From contig NC_013849.1 in assembly GCF_000025505.1 (NCBI RefSeq), forward strand, positions 870,001 through 902,000: a stretch of DNA of 32,000 nt, written 5' to 3'. Positions within the stretch are counted from its first letter, which is position 1; each line of letters begins with the position of its first letter. This document shows positions 7,253 to 15,403 of the stretch, piece after piece. Below the pieces are notes generated by a model. It was not told the DNA's origin, made no database searches, and saw only the letters and a list, made by a program, of their open reading frames with translations. The translations under genes and the position numbers were made by a program. This DNA comes from Ferroglobus placidus DSM 10642. GTDB lineage: Archaea; Halobacteriota; Archaeoglobi; Archaeoglobales; Archaeoglobaceae.

Positions 7253-10117
7253 ATGATAAGATCAAAGCTGAGCAGACGAGAGTTCGTTAAATTAACTTCT
7301 GCGGCAACACTGTTTTCTGTTGGACTTAGCAGCTTTGGAAGATACGTTAAAAGTGCTCGTTTTGTAAAAAAAGCTGAAGCTAAAGAGGTAGAGGAGGGAG
7401 TAAAATACGTAAAGACCATCTGCCTCTTTTGCGCTGTAGGATGCGGAATTCTTGCTAAAGTTAAAAACGGGAAGCTCGTTGGAATAGAGCCGTGGACTGA
7501 GCATCCGATAAATAGGGGAAAACTCTGCGTTAAAGGGGCAAGTATAAACTACACAATCACGAGCCCGAAGAGAGTTAGGTATCCTCTGATAAAAGAGGGT
7601 GGAAAGTGGAGAAAAATCAGCTGGGAAGAGGCTTTAGACATAATAGCCAAGAAAATGATGGAAATTCGAGAGAAGTACGGTCCAGATGCTGTCTTCTTCG
7701 CTGGATCTGCCCACACAAGCAACGAGGGAGCGTACCTCATGAGGAAATTCATGGCTTTTTGGGGAAGCAACAACATAGATCATCAAGCGAGAATTTGCCA
7801 CTCCACAACTGTCGCTGGCTTGGGGAACACGTGGGGCTACGGTGCTATGACGAACAATTTTAACGATATGAGAAACTCCAAAGCTATCATTTTCTTCTCA
7901 AACCCAGCAGAAGCTCATCCAGTCAGCTTCTTTCACATTATGGAAGCAAAAAGGAGAGGAGCAAAGCTTATTTGCGCAGATCCGAGATTCAGTAGAACGG
8001 CTGCGGTTAGCGATCTCCATTTACAATTCCGACCGGGAACTGACATAGCTGTTGTCTGGGGGATTTGTCACGAGATAATAAAGAACGGCTGGTACGATGA
8101 AAATTTCATAAGAGAAAGAACGTACGGATTTGAAAAGGCAAGGGAAGTGATAATGAAGTATCCTCCTGAAATCGTGGAGGAAATTACCGGAGTTCCGGCT
8201 GAAAAGATTAAAGAGGCTGCATACATTCTCGCCCACAATAAGCCTGCAACTCTTCAGTATGCGATGGGTGCAACTCAGCACGAAGTTGGAACCCAGAACA
8301 TAAGAGCTTTCGCAATTCTGCAGCTTCTTCTCGGTAACGCTGGAAAGCCCGGAGGTGGTGTAAACGCTTTTAGAGGTCACGATAACGTTCAGGGAGCTAC
8401 GGACATGTGTGTCTTAAGCCATACGCTTCCGAGCTATTACGGTTTAAGCGAGAAAGCCTGGAAGCATTGGGCTAAAGTCTGGGGGGTGGACTACGAGTGG
8501 CTGAAGAGTAGATTTGCAAGCAAAGACTTTATGGAGAAGAAAGGATTTACAATGAGCTGCTGGAGTCTTGGAGCTCTTGCTGGAACGGAACACTATGATG
8601 GAATTGATCAACCATCTCCAATAAAAATGCTGTTCCTCTGGGGACATTCAACTCCTTCAATAGGAAATGTAAAGGCTGTGAAAAAGGCTTATGAAACTGT
8701 CGAAATGATAGTTGTTGTTGATCCGTTTCCGGAATCAGCGGTGGCTCTTGCTGAAAGGGATGACGGCATAATTCTCCTCCCAGCTTGTACTCAATGGGAG
8801 ACATCTGGTAGCGTAACAAACAGCGGGAGACAAGTACAGTGGAGAGACAAAGTCATAGATCCTCTTTACGAATCGAAGTCCGACATTTGGATAATCTTCA
8901 GCCTGGTAAAAGCCCTTGACAAGTACGATCCCGGATTGTACGAGAAGTTCACTAAGAACTTCGGTGGAAAGTCTCCAGATGAAATTACCCCCGAAGAAGT
9001 TCTCGATAAAGAAATAACAGTTGGTGCAAGAGCAATAGGAATGATAGGGCAAAAGAGTTGGAGATTGAAGAGGCAAAAGGAGTACGACTATACATTCGAT
9101 CCAGAAACTTTGAGGAGCATGGCTGGACCTTGCAAGGGTGAGTACTGGGGATTGCCATGGCCTTGCTGGAACGAAAGGCATCCGGGAACTCCAATCCTTT
9201 ACAGAAACGACATTCCAGTGTGGGAGGGTGGTCACGATTTCAGAGTCAAATGGGGTACTAAAGCTCCAGATGGTGAAAGTCTGCTCAGCGGCGTAAACGG
9301 GCACGACCAAATGCCGGGATGGACGACGAATCTTGAAACCGACTACTCCGACTGGCTTGACAAAAACATGGTTCCATCGGGAAGAGGAAGGGCGAGGATT
9401 TTCGCTTGGAATCTCCCCGATCCGGTTCCAGTGCACAGAGAACCTCTTTGGACACCAAAACCAGATCTCGCCGAGAAGTATCCTGCATATGAAGACGAAG
9501 TTTACGGAAAATTCCACTTCAGGGTGAAAATCCATGCAAAAAGTTACCAGATGGCTTGGTTGAAGAAAAAGCTCTACGAATATTCGCCCCTTGTATGGAC
9601 ATCGGGAAGGCAAGTAGAGCATCATGGTGGTGGATCGATGACGAGAAACAATCCAATACTCGCCGAATTCCAGCCAGAGCTTTACGTTGAGATAAATCCA
9701 GAGGATGCTATAGAAAGAGGAATAAAGGACGGAGACTTGTGCATGGTTGTCAGCTTCAGAGGGGTGGAGTTAGGATTTACTCATGCCCACGTGGTTGCTA
9801 AAGCCAAGGTAACGAGTGCTGTGCCGAAGGGTGTCGTCTTCCTGCCTTTCCACTGGGCTGGCGTTTTCGAAGGTAAGAGTTACGTTGAAAGATTCCCGAG
9901 AGCTGAAGGAGAAAGTGGAGAAAGTCTGTCCCCCTACGCTTACGGAGACACCCCCAACATCCTCAATCCTCCAGGCTGGGATCCGTCAACCCAAATGCAA
10001 AACACGAAAGCCGGAATGTGTCAGGTGTTCAAGCTCGAAGCTTACGAGCACCAGTGGGAAAAGGAGGGTGTTGTTAAAGACTACAAAAAGCTGATTAAGG
10101 AGCTTCTTAGGGGGTGA
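7253..10117 (+). CDS. Tat-exported molybdopterin oxidoreductase, formate dehydrogenase-N-like alpha subunit with Cys at the Sec position
   Basis: Twin-arginine signal 'SRREFVKLTSAATLFSVGL'; 4Fe-4S 'CLFCAVGCGILAKVKNGK...GKLCVKG'; 'DHQARICHSTTVAGLGNTWGYGAMTN' and 'NPAEAHPVSF' align with the FdnG active-site region (ARV-U/C-H, GAMTN, AEAHPV); C-terminal molydopterin-binding domain. Confidence 0.88.
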   Translation: MIRSKLSRREFVKLTSAATLFSVGLSSFGRYVKSARFVKKAEAKEVEEGVKYVKTICLFCAVGCGILAKVKNGKLVGIEPWTEHPINRGKLCVKGASINYTITSPKRVRYPLIKEGGKWRKISWEEALDIIAKKMMEIREKYGPDAVFFAGSAHTSNEGAYLMRKFMAFWGSNNIDHQARICHSTTVAGLGNTWGYGAMTNNFNDMRNSKAIIFFSNPAEAHPVSFFHIMEAKRRGAKLICADPRFSRTAAVSDLHLQFRPGTDIAVVWGICHEIIKNGWYDENFIRERTYGFEKAREVIMKYPPEIVEEITGVPAEKIKEAAYILAHNKPATLQYAMGATQHEVGTQNIRAFAILQLLLGNAGKPGGGVNAFRGHDNVQGATDMCVLSHTLPSYYGLSEKAWKHWAKVWGVDYEWLKSRFASKDFMEKKGFTMSCWSLGALAGTEHYDGIDQPSPIKMLFLWGHSTPSIGNVKAVKKAYETVEMIVVVDPFPESAVALAERDDGIILLPACTQWETSGSVTNSGRQVQWRDKVIDPLYESKSDIWIIFSLVKALDKYDPGLYEKFTKNFGGKSPDEITPEEVLDKEITVGARAIGMIGQKSWRLKRQKEYDYTFDPETLRSMAGPCKGEYWGLPWPCWNERHPGTPILYRNDIPVWEGGHDFRVKWGTKAPDGESLLSGVNGHDQMPGWTTNLETDYSDWLDKNMVPSGRGRARIFAWNLPDPVPVHREPLWTPKPDLAEKYPAYEDEVYGKFHFRVKIHAKSYQMAWLKKKLYEYSPLVWTSGRQVEHHGGGSMTRNNPILAEFQPELYVEINPEDAIERGIKDGDLCMVVSFRGVELGFTHAHVVAKAKVTSAVPKGVVFLPFHWAGVFEGKSYVERFPRAEGESGESLSPYAYGDTPNILNPPGWDPSTQMQNTKAGMCQVFKLEAYEHQWEKEGVVKDYKKLIKELLRG

Positions 10118-10122
10118 GATAA

Positions 10123-10686
10123 ATGCCTCTAAAGTTTCTTGCTGACGTTTACCGCAGTCCGTGCATAAAGTGTAGAGGTTGCGAAGCGATCTGCAGAAAT
10201 TACAATCAGGTTCCCGAGGGGGTTTACAGAATAAAAGTCGTTACGATAAACGAAGGAAAACCCGGGCAGATGAACATACCTCTACAATGTCTCCACTGCA
10301 ACGATCCGCCGTGTATGAAAGTCTGCCCCGTCAATGCGATATGGAAGAGAGAAGAAGACGGAATCGTTCTTGTCAAAAAGGATATCTGCATAGGATGTGG
10401 CTATTGCGCCTCAGCATGTCCCTTCGGTGCACCGCAGTTCAGAAAAGGTGGAGTCATGGGGCTTGACGGAAAGATGGACAAGTGCACCTACTGCGTTCAG
10501 CCATACGACCCCAAAGATGAAAAGGGGAAGGAAATAGTTAGAGAGCCCAAACCGAGGTGTGCGATAGTTTGTCCGACTGGAACGATCGTCGCTGGTGAGC
10601 AGAAAGACATCGTAGAGATGATGAGAAAGAGGGCTGCAGAAAAAATGGCAATCGGAGAGCTCGAAAGAATCTTCCTGTTCTTTTAA
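10123..10686 (+). CDS. Four-cluster ferredoxin-type electron-transfer subunit of the formate dehydrogenase-like complex
   Basis: Cys motifs CIKCRGCEAIC, CLHCNDPPCMKVCP, CIGCGYCASACP, CTYC...CAIVCP; lies 5 nt after the alpha subunit. Confidence 0.88.
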   Translation: MPLKFLADVYRSPCIKCRGCEAICRNYNQVPEGVYRIKVVTINEGKPGQMNIPLQCLHCNDPPCMKVCPVNAIWKREEDGIVLVKKDICIGCGYCASACPFGAPQFRKGGVMGLDGKMDKCTYCVQPYDPKDEKGKEIVREPKPRCAIVCPTGTIVAGEQKDIVEMMRKRAAEKMAIGELERIFLFF

Positions 10687-10698
10687 CCCGGGATAGCC

Positions 10699-11628
10699 AT
10701 GCTGAACTACACATTTTTTTACGGGTTGGGGAATTTTGAACTCAACAAGTACTGGGGGTTAGCTATCGCTACCTATTTATTTTTGGGTGGACTCGCTGGG
10801 GGAATGTACATAGCCGGATACTTCGCCTACCTACGGAGAAACAGAAACGAAGTTTTTTTGGAAATTTCAAAATTTGGAATGTATTACAGCGGTATAGTCC
10901 TGATTCTCGGACTTCTTAGCCTGATTTACGACCATCCCAACGTTTTGATAGCGGTAATAAATCCGACACTTTTCAGAAATCTTGAGTCTTGGCTGGCTGT
11001 GGGTAGCTGGATCATCCTCTTTTTCTTGGTGATATGGTTTCTTCTGCTGTTGGAATACTTCACGAAGCTAAAAATGCCCGAAAACCTGAAATTCGCTTTA
11101 ATGAGTGTAAATGCGTTTTTTGCCTTCATCGTTATTTTATATACCGCACTCTTGCTTAGAGGTGCTATGTTCGTTCCAATGTGGATGAGCAACTCCCTTC
11201 CGCCACTTTTCGTTGTTAGCGGCATTTCTACTGGGATAGCTCTCTGCACGATTTACGGAGCGGTAAAAGTTAGGAAGGTGGAAAAGGAGTTCAAACTCGC
11301 CGATTCGATTTTGATAATATCCGAGCTTGCACTGATCGGGTATTTGCTATCCGAACTTTCAAGTATGAGCACACTAACATCTTATCCGGCTTTTAGCATT
11401 GCCGCCAAAACAACCCTCGAACTCATGCTGCAGGGAGAATACAGTTCGATGTTTTTCTACGGATTCGTCGGAATTGGATTGCTCTTCCCTCTCGCCCTCT
11501 ACTTCGCCTCTTACGTAAAAAAAGCATTAGCCATAGATTTACTTTCAGGTTTAAGCGTGCTGATTGGAGGGTACATTTTCAGGATAATTGTTATAGCGGC
11601 TGCTGCGAAATCCTTAATCATTCCATAA
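10699..11628 (+). CDS. NrfD/PsrC-like integral membrane subunit
   Basis: 309 aa polytopic protein, 'YLFLGGLAGGMYIAGYFAYLRR', multiple TM segments, placed after the FeS subunit. Confidence 0.8.
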   Translation: MLNYTFFYGLGNFELNKYWGLAIATYLFLGGLAGGMYIAGYFAYLRRNRNEVFLEISKFGMYYSGIVLILGLLSLIYDHPNVLIAVINPTLFRNLESWLAVGSWIILFFLVIWFLLLLEYFTKLKMPENLKFALMSVNAFFAFIVILYTALLLRGAMFVPMWMSNSLPPLFVVSGISTGIALCTIYGAVKVRKVEKEFKLADSILIISELALIGYLLSELSSMSTLTSYPAFSIAAKTTLELMLQGEYSSMFFYGFVGIGLLFPLALYFASYVKKALAIDLLSGLSVLIGGYIFRIIVIAAAAKSLIIP

Positions 11629-12267
11629 CATTAGCTCCCTAACAAGCTTTCTGTCGAATTTTAAATAAGCTGCTGCAATTTTCGCAACACCACGGTAAAA
11701 TTCCGTCCTCTCTTCAAGCTTCTTAAGAGCTTTAAACACCCAAACAAATATCTCATTCTCAAGAAATTCCAGCTGATAACGCAAACTCTCCTTAAAATCG
11801 ATCTCATGAGATAAGGCTGAGTCTATCAAAGCAGCCATGAAATCCAGTTCCACCGCAATGTGATCTGGGGGTAGAGTTGAGTTTATTAGATGGTAACCAA
11901 ACTCCCTCATCTTTTCCTCAACTTCGAGACTTATTTTTCCATACGCTCCTTCCCCAAAAACTTCCGATTTAGTAGTTGGAATTTCGCTCGATAACCCTGA
12001 AAAAAACGTAGCGAATTCATTTTGAATTGCTTTTACAGCTTCTTTAACACCCCTTCTCGCCACAAATTCCTCCAGTATTCTGAAACCTTCAACGATATCC
12101 GGATTCCTCGGTAAGTCAATTCTTTTTTCCGCGAGATCTCTAACGAAATCTTCAGGAATTTCTCCAGAAAACAGAGAAGAGAGGAACCTGTAAAAATCTC
12201 TCCTAAACTCCAAAATCTCACGAAGGTTCATTTTTCTCACCGAAAATCTCTCTGTATAATCCCTCAA
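11614..12267 (-). CDS. TorD/DmsD-family molybdoenzyme maturation chaperone
   Basis: All-helical, 'YRFLSSLFSGEIPEDFV...LNSTLPPDHIAVELDFMAALI...FLENEIFVWVFKALKKLEE' resembles the TorD 'PPDHIAVELEFM..L' signature. Start may be 12231 (MNLREIL). Confidence 0.82.
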   Translation of the reverse strand: MRDYTERFSVRKMNLREILEFRRDFYRFLSSLFSGEIPEDFVRDLAEKRIDLPRNPDIVEGFRILEEFVARRGVKEAVKAIQNEFATFFSGLSSEIPTTKSEVFGEGAYGKISLEVEEKMREFGYHLINSTLPPDHIAVELDFMAALIDSALSHEIDFKESLRYQLEFLENEIFVWVFKALKKLEERTEFYRGVAKIAAAYLKFDRKLVRELMLWND

Positions 12268-13918
12268 AGATTACCACTGGTCTGCAATCATCACAAAACA
12301 TCAAGGAAAACTTTTGTCCGGTTATTTCAGAAAGCTTCAGGTACTCTCTCTTTGAAATGTGCTCCCTTCCACATCTTGGGCACTTCAAAAATTCCTCTTC
12401 CCTTACAACCTTTTCGATTTCAAACTCGTTTAGATCAATGTTCTCAGGAGCAACAAAAATCGCATTTTCCGGGCACAATTTTTCGCAAAGTTTGCAGTTT
12501 ATACACAACCCGTGAATAAAAGTTAGCCTACCTTTTTCCTTTTTCAACGCCTCATTCGGACAAATCCTATGACATGTATCGCAAAGCGTACAATTTTCGT
12601 TCACCTTTACCTTTCCAAAACCTACAGCCTCAATTTTTGAATGCTTCAACTCCCTTTTTTCTTTAATCTTTTTAACAATCTCCACGAGCGCTTCCCTCTT
12701 ATTTTTACCTCCTAATACAAAACTCAAATCCAGAGAATCTTTTCCAACCAGTTTCTTCACCAACTCTACGTCGAATTCCGTTTTCGAAACTAAGTTATCT
12801 ACATTAAAAGCTTCGCACAGATTTTTTGCCAGCTCCAACCCTCTAAAATCACCGTGAGGACAATCGGAACAATGCAGAACGTAAACACCATTAAAACCTC
12901 TTAAAAGCGGGTACAATATCTCAACTTCTGAAAGAGCAGCTATACATGGAACAATTACTGGAAAGAACGTTTCGGTTCTTCCATTTCCAAAAATTTTTCC
13001 TACAGCATCTTCACAAACATACAACAGAACTTTACTTCCCTCGTATTGGGATAAAACGTCGATGATCTCTCTGACAACGTTTTCCGGCATCAAACTGAAT
13101 TTTAATGCATTAGTTGGGCATAAAGCGGAACACCTCCCACAACCAAAGCAGCTTTTGTGCTCAATTCTAATTTTCTCCCCTCTGAACAAGCATTTATGCA
13201 TACACTCGCATAAGTTACAACCGGAAATACCGTTGAAACTTGCCGCACATTTACTTTCATCGTATTCGATGGCTTTAAATTTCACGAACTCCCCAACGTT
13301 TGATACAGCATCTAAAACATCCTCAAAACCAAAAACACCATCTTTTTTAAAGCCCAAATTCTGGAGAAGCAGTTGAGCAACGGTGATCTCACTAACAGAT
13401 TCTCCGGTATGAAGGTTGATTCCGTTGACAAAAACTTTAAAATTGCCCAGCTCTCCTTCGAACCCTTCAACTTTGCCGAGTATCGGAATTCCCACACCTC
13501 TCATCTTCTCATTGGTTGTAACGATGTAAAGCGGATCGAAAACTTTTTGGAGCTTTTTCGCAAATTCAACGTCATTAGTCTCCACGAGAAGAGAAGCGTC
13601 CACATTTACCTCAACCAAATCTCTATCCACATCCAGCAATTTTCCATAGGCGTTTAGTAAAAGTTCCGCTTTTCTTACCGCATCCTCTTGCTTTAAAAAT
13701 ACCAACTCATTCAAATCGAGCTGCAACCTTCCCAAATCTTTAACAGCTCGATAGCTACACCCTACAATATTGAAAAAGTTTTCCGGCTTTTCTTCGCAAA
13801 GGTTGCTGAATATCTCGACATCAAAAACTTCCTTAAGTTTTTCGAAACACTTTTTGTCTATTTTTCCGTTACAAGTACATAAAGCGATTTTCAAAAGTTG
13901 CTCCACCTCTCGCTCCAT
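12218..13918 (-). CDS. Large 4Fe-4S polyferredoxin-like protein, probable formate dehydrogenase-associated accessory protein
   Basis: Cys clusters 'CFGCGRCSALCP', 'CTLCDTCHRICP', 'CINCKLCEKLCP', C-terminal 'CPRCGREH...CDDC'; middle region 'LLYVCEDAV...VPCIAALSEVEILYPLLRGFNGVYVLHCSDC' resembles an MvhD-like domain. Adjacent to torD-like gene. Confidence 0.75.
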   Translation of the reverse strand: MEREVEQLLKIALCTCNGKIDKKCFEKLKEVFDVEIFSNLCEEKPENFFNIVGCSYRAVKDLGRLQLDLNELVFLKQEDAVRKAELLLNAYGKLLDVDRDLVEVNVDASLLVETNDVEFAKKLQKVFDPLYIVTTNEKMRGVGIPILGKVEGFEGELGNFKVFVNGINLHTGESVSEITVAQLLLQNLGFKKDGVFGFEDVLDAVSNVGEFVKFKAIEYDESKCAASFNGISGCNLCECMHKCLFRGEKIRIEHKSCFGCGRCSALCPTNALKFSLMPENVVREIIDVLSQYEGSKVLLYVCEDAVGKIFGNGRTETFFPVIVPCIAALSEVEILYPLLRGFNGVYVLHCSDCPHGDFRGLELAKNLCEAFNVDNLVSKTEFDVELVKKLVGKDSLDLSFVLGGKNKREALVEIVKKIKEKRELKHSKIEAVGFGKVKVNENCTLCDTCHRICPNEALKKEKGRLTFIHGLCINCKLCEKLCPENAIFVAPENIDLNEFEIEKVVREEEFLKCPRCGREHISKREYLKLSEITGQKFSLMFCDDCRPVVIFEGLYREIFGEKNEPS

Positions 13919-14196
13919 TCTCTTATTTCCTCAACTATCTTTGCAAGTTCTCTGCCTTTTTCCGTAAGTTTATACTTCACTTTTATTGGAGATGTCGTTT
14001 CCACTTCTCTTTCTACTATTCCGTACTTTTGTAAGGTGAACAGCGTTAGGGAAAGTACTTTAGGCGAAATATCCTTAATGGATTTCTCAAGTTCTGAAAA
14101 CCTCTTCTCACCATCGATTAAAAGGTGAACTATTATAAGAGACCACTTTTTTGCGAGAATTTCTGCGGCGATTGAAAACGGTTTGGTAGTATTCAA
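13891..14196 (-). CDS. HxlR-family winged-helix transcriptional regulator
   Basis: 'ILAKKWSLIIVHLLIDGEKRFSELEKSIKDISPKVLSLTLFTLQKYGIVEREV...VKYKLTEKGREL'. Confidence 0.88.
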   Translation of the reverse strand: MNTTKPFSIAAEILAKKWSLIIVHLLIDGEKRFSELEKSIKDISPKVLSLTLFTLQKYGIVEREVETTSPIKVKYKLTEKGRELAKIVEEIREWSERWSNF

Positions 14197-14353
14197 CCTC
14201 CCACCCCAATGATTTATTGTGATAATTTTAACAGATTTTCATTTTCAAAATTTATTACATTTTCGCTGGACTAAATAATTATATAAAAAATTTATAGAAT
14301 TTTAGCTTATGATTAATAGAGGATTTATGTTTGAAAAATAGAAGATAATAAAG

Positions 14354-14413
14354 TGTACGCCCGCTGTGCCCACGGAGCTTCATGTTTATCAGCCCGCGGG
14401 GTTCTGCGGGCGT
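14354..14413 (-). ncRNA. Candidate H/ACA-type guide sRNA with K-loop
   Basis: Minus strand: ACGCCCGC-AGAAC-CCCGCGG-GCT-GATAAACATGA-AGC-T-CCGTGGG-CACA-GCGGGCGT-ACA. Outer stem 8 bp perfect, inner stem 7 bp (one G-U), 3-bp apical stem closing a GA...GA loop, ACA directly after the outer stem. GC-rich island in AT-rich intergenic DNA; TATA-like TTATATTC (minus strand) centred at about 14436. Confidence 0.55.
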
Positions 14414-14431
14414 TAAAAGTTGGAAGGAAAA

Positions 14432-14440
14432 GAATATAAC
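14432..14440 (-). promoter_or_regulatory. TATA-like promoter element for the candidate ncRNA
   Basis: + strand GAATATAAC (minus GTTATATTC) centred about 24 nt upstream of the predicted ncRNA 5' end at 14413. Confidence 0.4.
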
Positions 14441-14458
14441 CGTTACGCAGATCTCTCT

Positions 14459-15313
14459 TTATTCGGTTACTTCTTTAACTTCCCTCGATTTTTTTACCGA
14501 TAAAACGCCGTATTTAAGATTAACCGCTGCTAAGAAAACGAGCAAGTAGCCGAACTGAGCAAACACTCTTATCCACTCCATGCTCGCAGAATATCCAAAC
14601 AGAACTGCGAAAACTCCTCCGACAATGCCCTTGTGATGTAAGGGACTGCTTTCGTCAAATCCGAGGTCGTAAGCTTTTTCAAAGAGCCAGCTTTCGTAAC
14701 CCTTCTCCTCCAAGAATTCGACGAGCTCGTGAGTGCCATAGCCTACGAGTCCAGAGGCTATGAACGTTAGCAGAACGCTTGTGACGTAGAAGAACCTTCT
14801 GAGACTGAGTTTGTACTCAAGCTTGATGATAGCAAAGCTCATCAAAGCTGCCAAACTTATCCCACCAACAGCTCCGAGTACGGTTCCGTGGAGATCTCTT
14901 GCGGCGAAGGGAGTTAAAAACAATACAGTCTCGAACACTTCCCTCACTACGAAGACGAAGGATATCAAAGCTATTCCCCAGAGAAACTTTCTCTTGGCTT
15001 TACTTTCGACCTCCTCCTTAACGTTTTTTCCAGCCATCCACAGGATCATGTAGGTTAAAACAGCTACAGCCAAATAGGAGGCGGTGGCTTCAAAGAGGAC
15101 TTTCTGCTCCTCCTCCAAACCTCCGTAGATGGCAACAGCTCCGAAAGCTGCGGCAAATCCTGTGAAGAGAGCTGCTATTGCTCCGTAGTAAGCGTAAGGC
15201 ACTTCTTCAGCTCTGCCGCTCCTTTTTAAGTAAGCCACCAATATAGCAACAAGCAGCACAGCCTCCAAACCTTCTCTTAGAGATATAACGAACTGCCCCA
15301 ACATGCTTAACAC
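14459..15313 (-). CDS. FTR1-family iron permease
   Basis: 'FVISLREGLEAVLLVAILVAYLKR' and 'VFVVREVFETVLFL' are REGxE-type FTR1 motifs; seven-TM-like hydrophobicity. GTG start at 15313 or ATG at 15304. Confidence 0.92.
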   Translation of the reverse strand: MLSMLGQFVISLREGLEAVLLVAILVAYLKRSGRAEEVPYAYYGAIAALFTGFAAAFGAVAIYGGLEEEQKVLFEATASYLAVAVLTYMILWMAGKNVKEEVESKAKRKFLWGIALISFVFVVREVFETVLFLTPFAARDLHGTVLGAVGGISLAALMSFAIIKLEYKLSLRRFFYVTSVLLTFIASGLVGYGTHELVEFLEEKGYESWLFEKAYDLGFDESSPLHHKGIVGGVFAVLFGYSASMEWIRVFAQFGYLLVFLAAVNLKYGVLSVKKSREVKEVTE

Positions 15314-15320
15314 CGTTGAA

Positions 15321-15336
15321 TTTAGGACGTCCTAAA
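15321..15336. promoter_or_regulatory. Perfect 16-bp palindrome, DtxR/MDR1-like operator candidate
   Basis: TTTAGGACGTCCTAAA is its own reverse complement. It lies between the TATA-like tract (about 15336-15347) and the FTR1 start. Confidence 0.6.
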
Positions 15337-15403
15337 ATATAAAAATTTTTCGGTAGCCCTAAAATTTTGGAAAGCGTTTTCAATCCTTCAGCAAACTTTT
15401 AGC

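Noticed and set aside
7796-7798. Selenocysteine (in-frame TGA) in the formate dehydrogenase-like enzyme
   Set aside because: The codon at this position is TGC and the ORF is open without internal TGA.
8735-9625. 296 aa reverse-strand ORF inside the formate dehydrogenase-like gene (with 8021..8380, 8444..8647, 8547..8819 on the same strand)
   Set aside because: Lies fully antisense to a strongly supported, family-matching CDS; low-complexity Ser/Leu/Phe-rich translation with no recognisable motif; typical shadow ORF.
14391-14413. GCCCGC/GCGGGC hairpin read as an intrinsic terminator
   Set aside because: The plus-strand side has no run of T, and the small hairpin competes with a longer nested fold that uses the second GCCCGC copy and gives the H/ACA-like architecture with ACA and GA/GA loop on the minus strand. 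Terminator use for FTR1 cannot be fully excluded.
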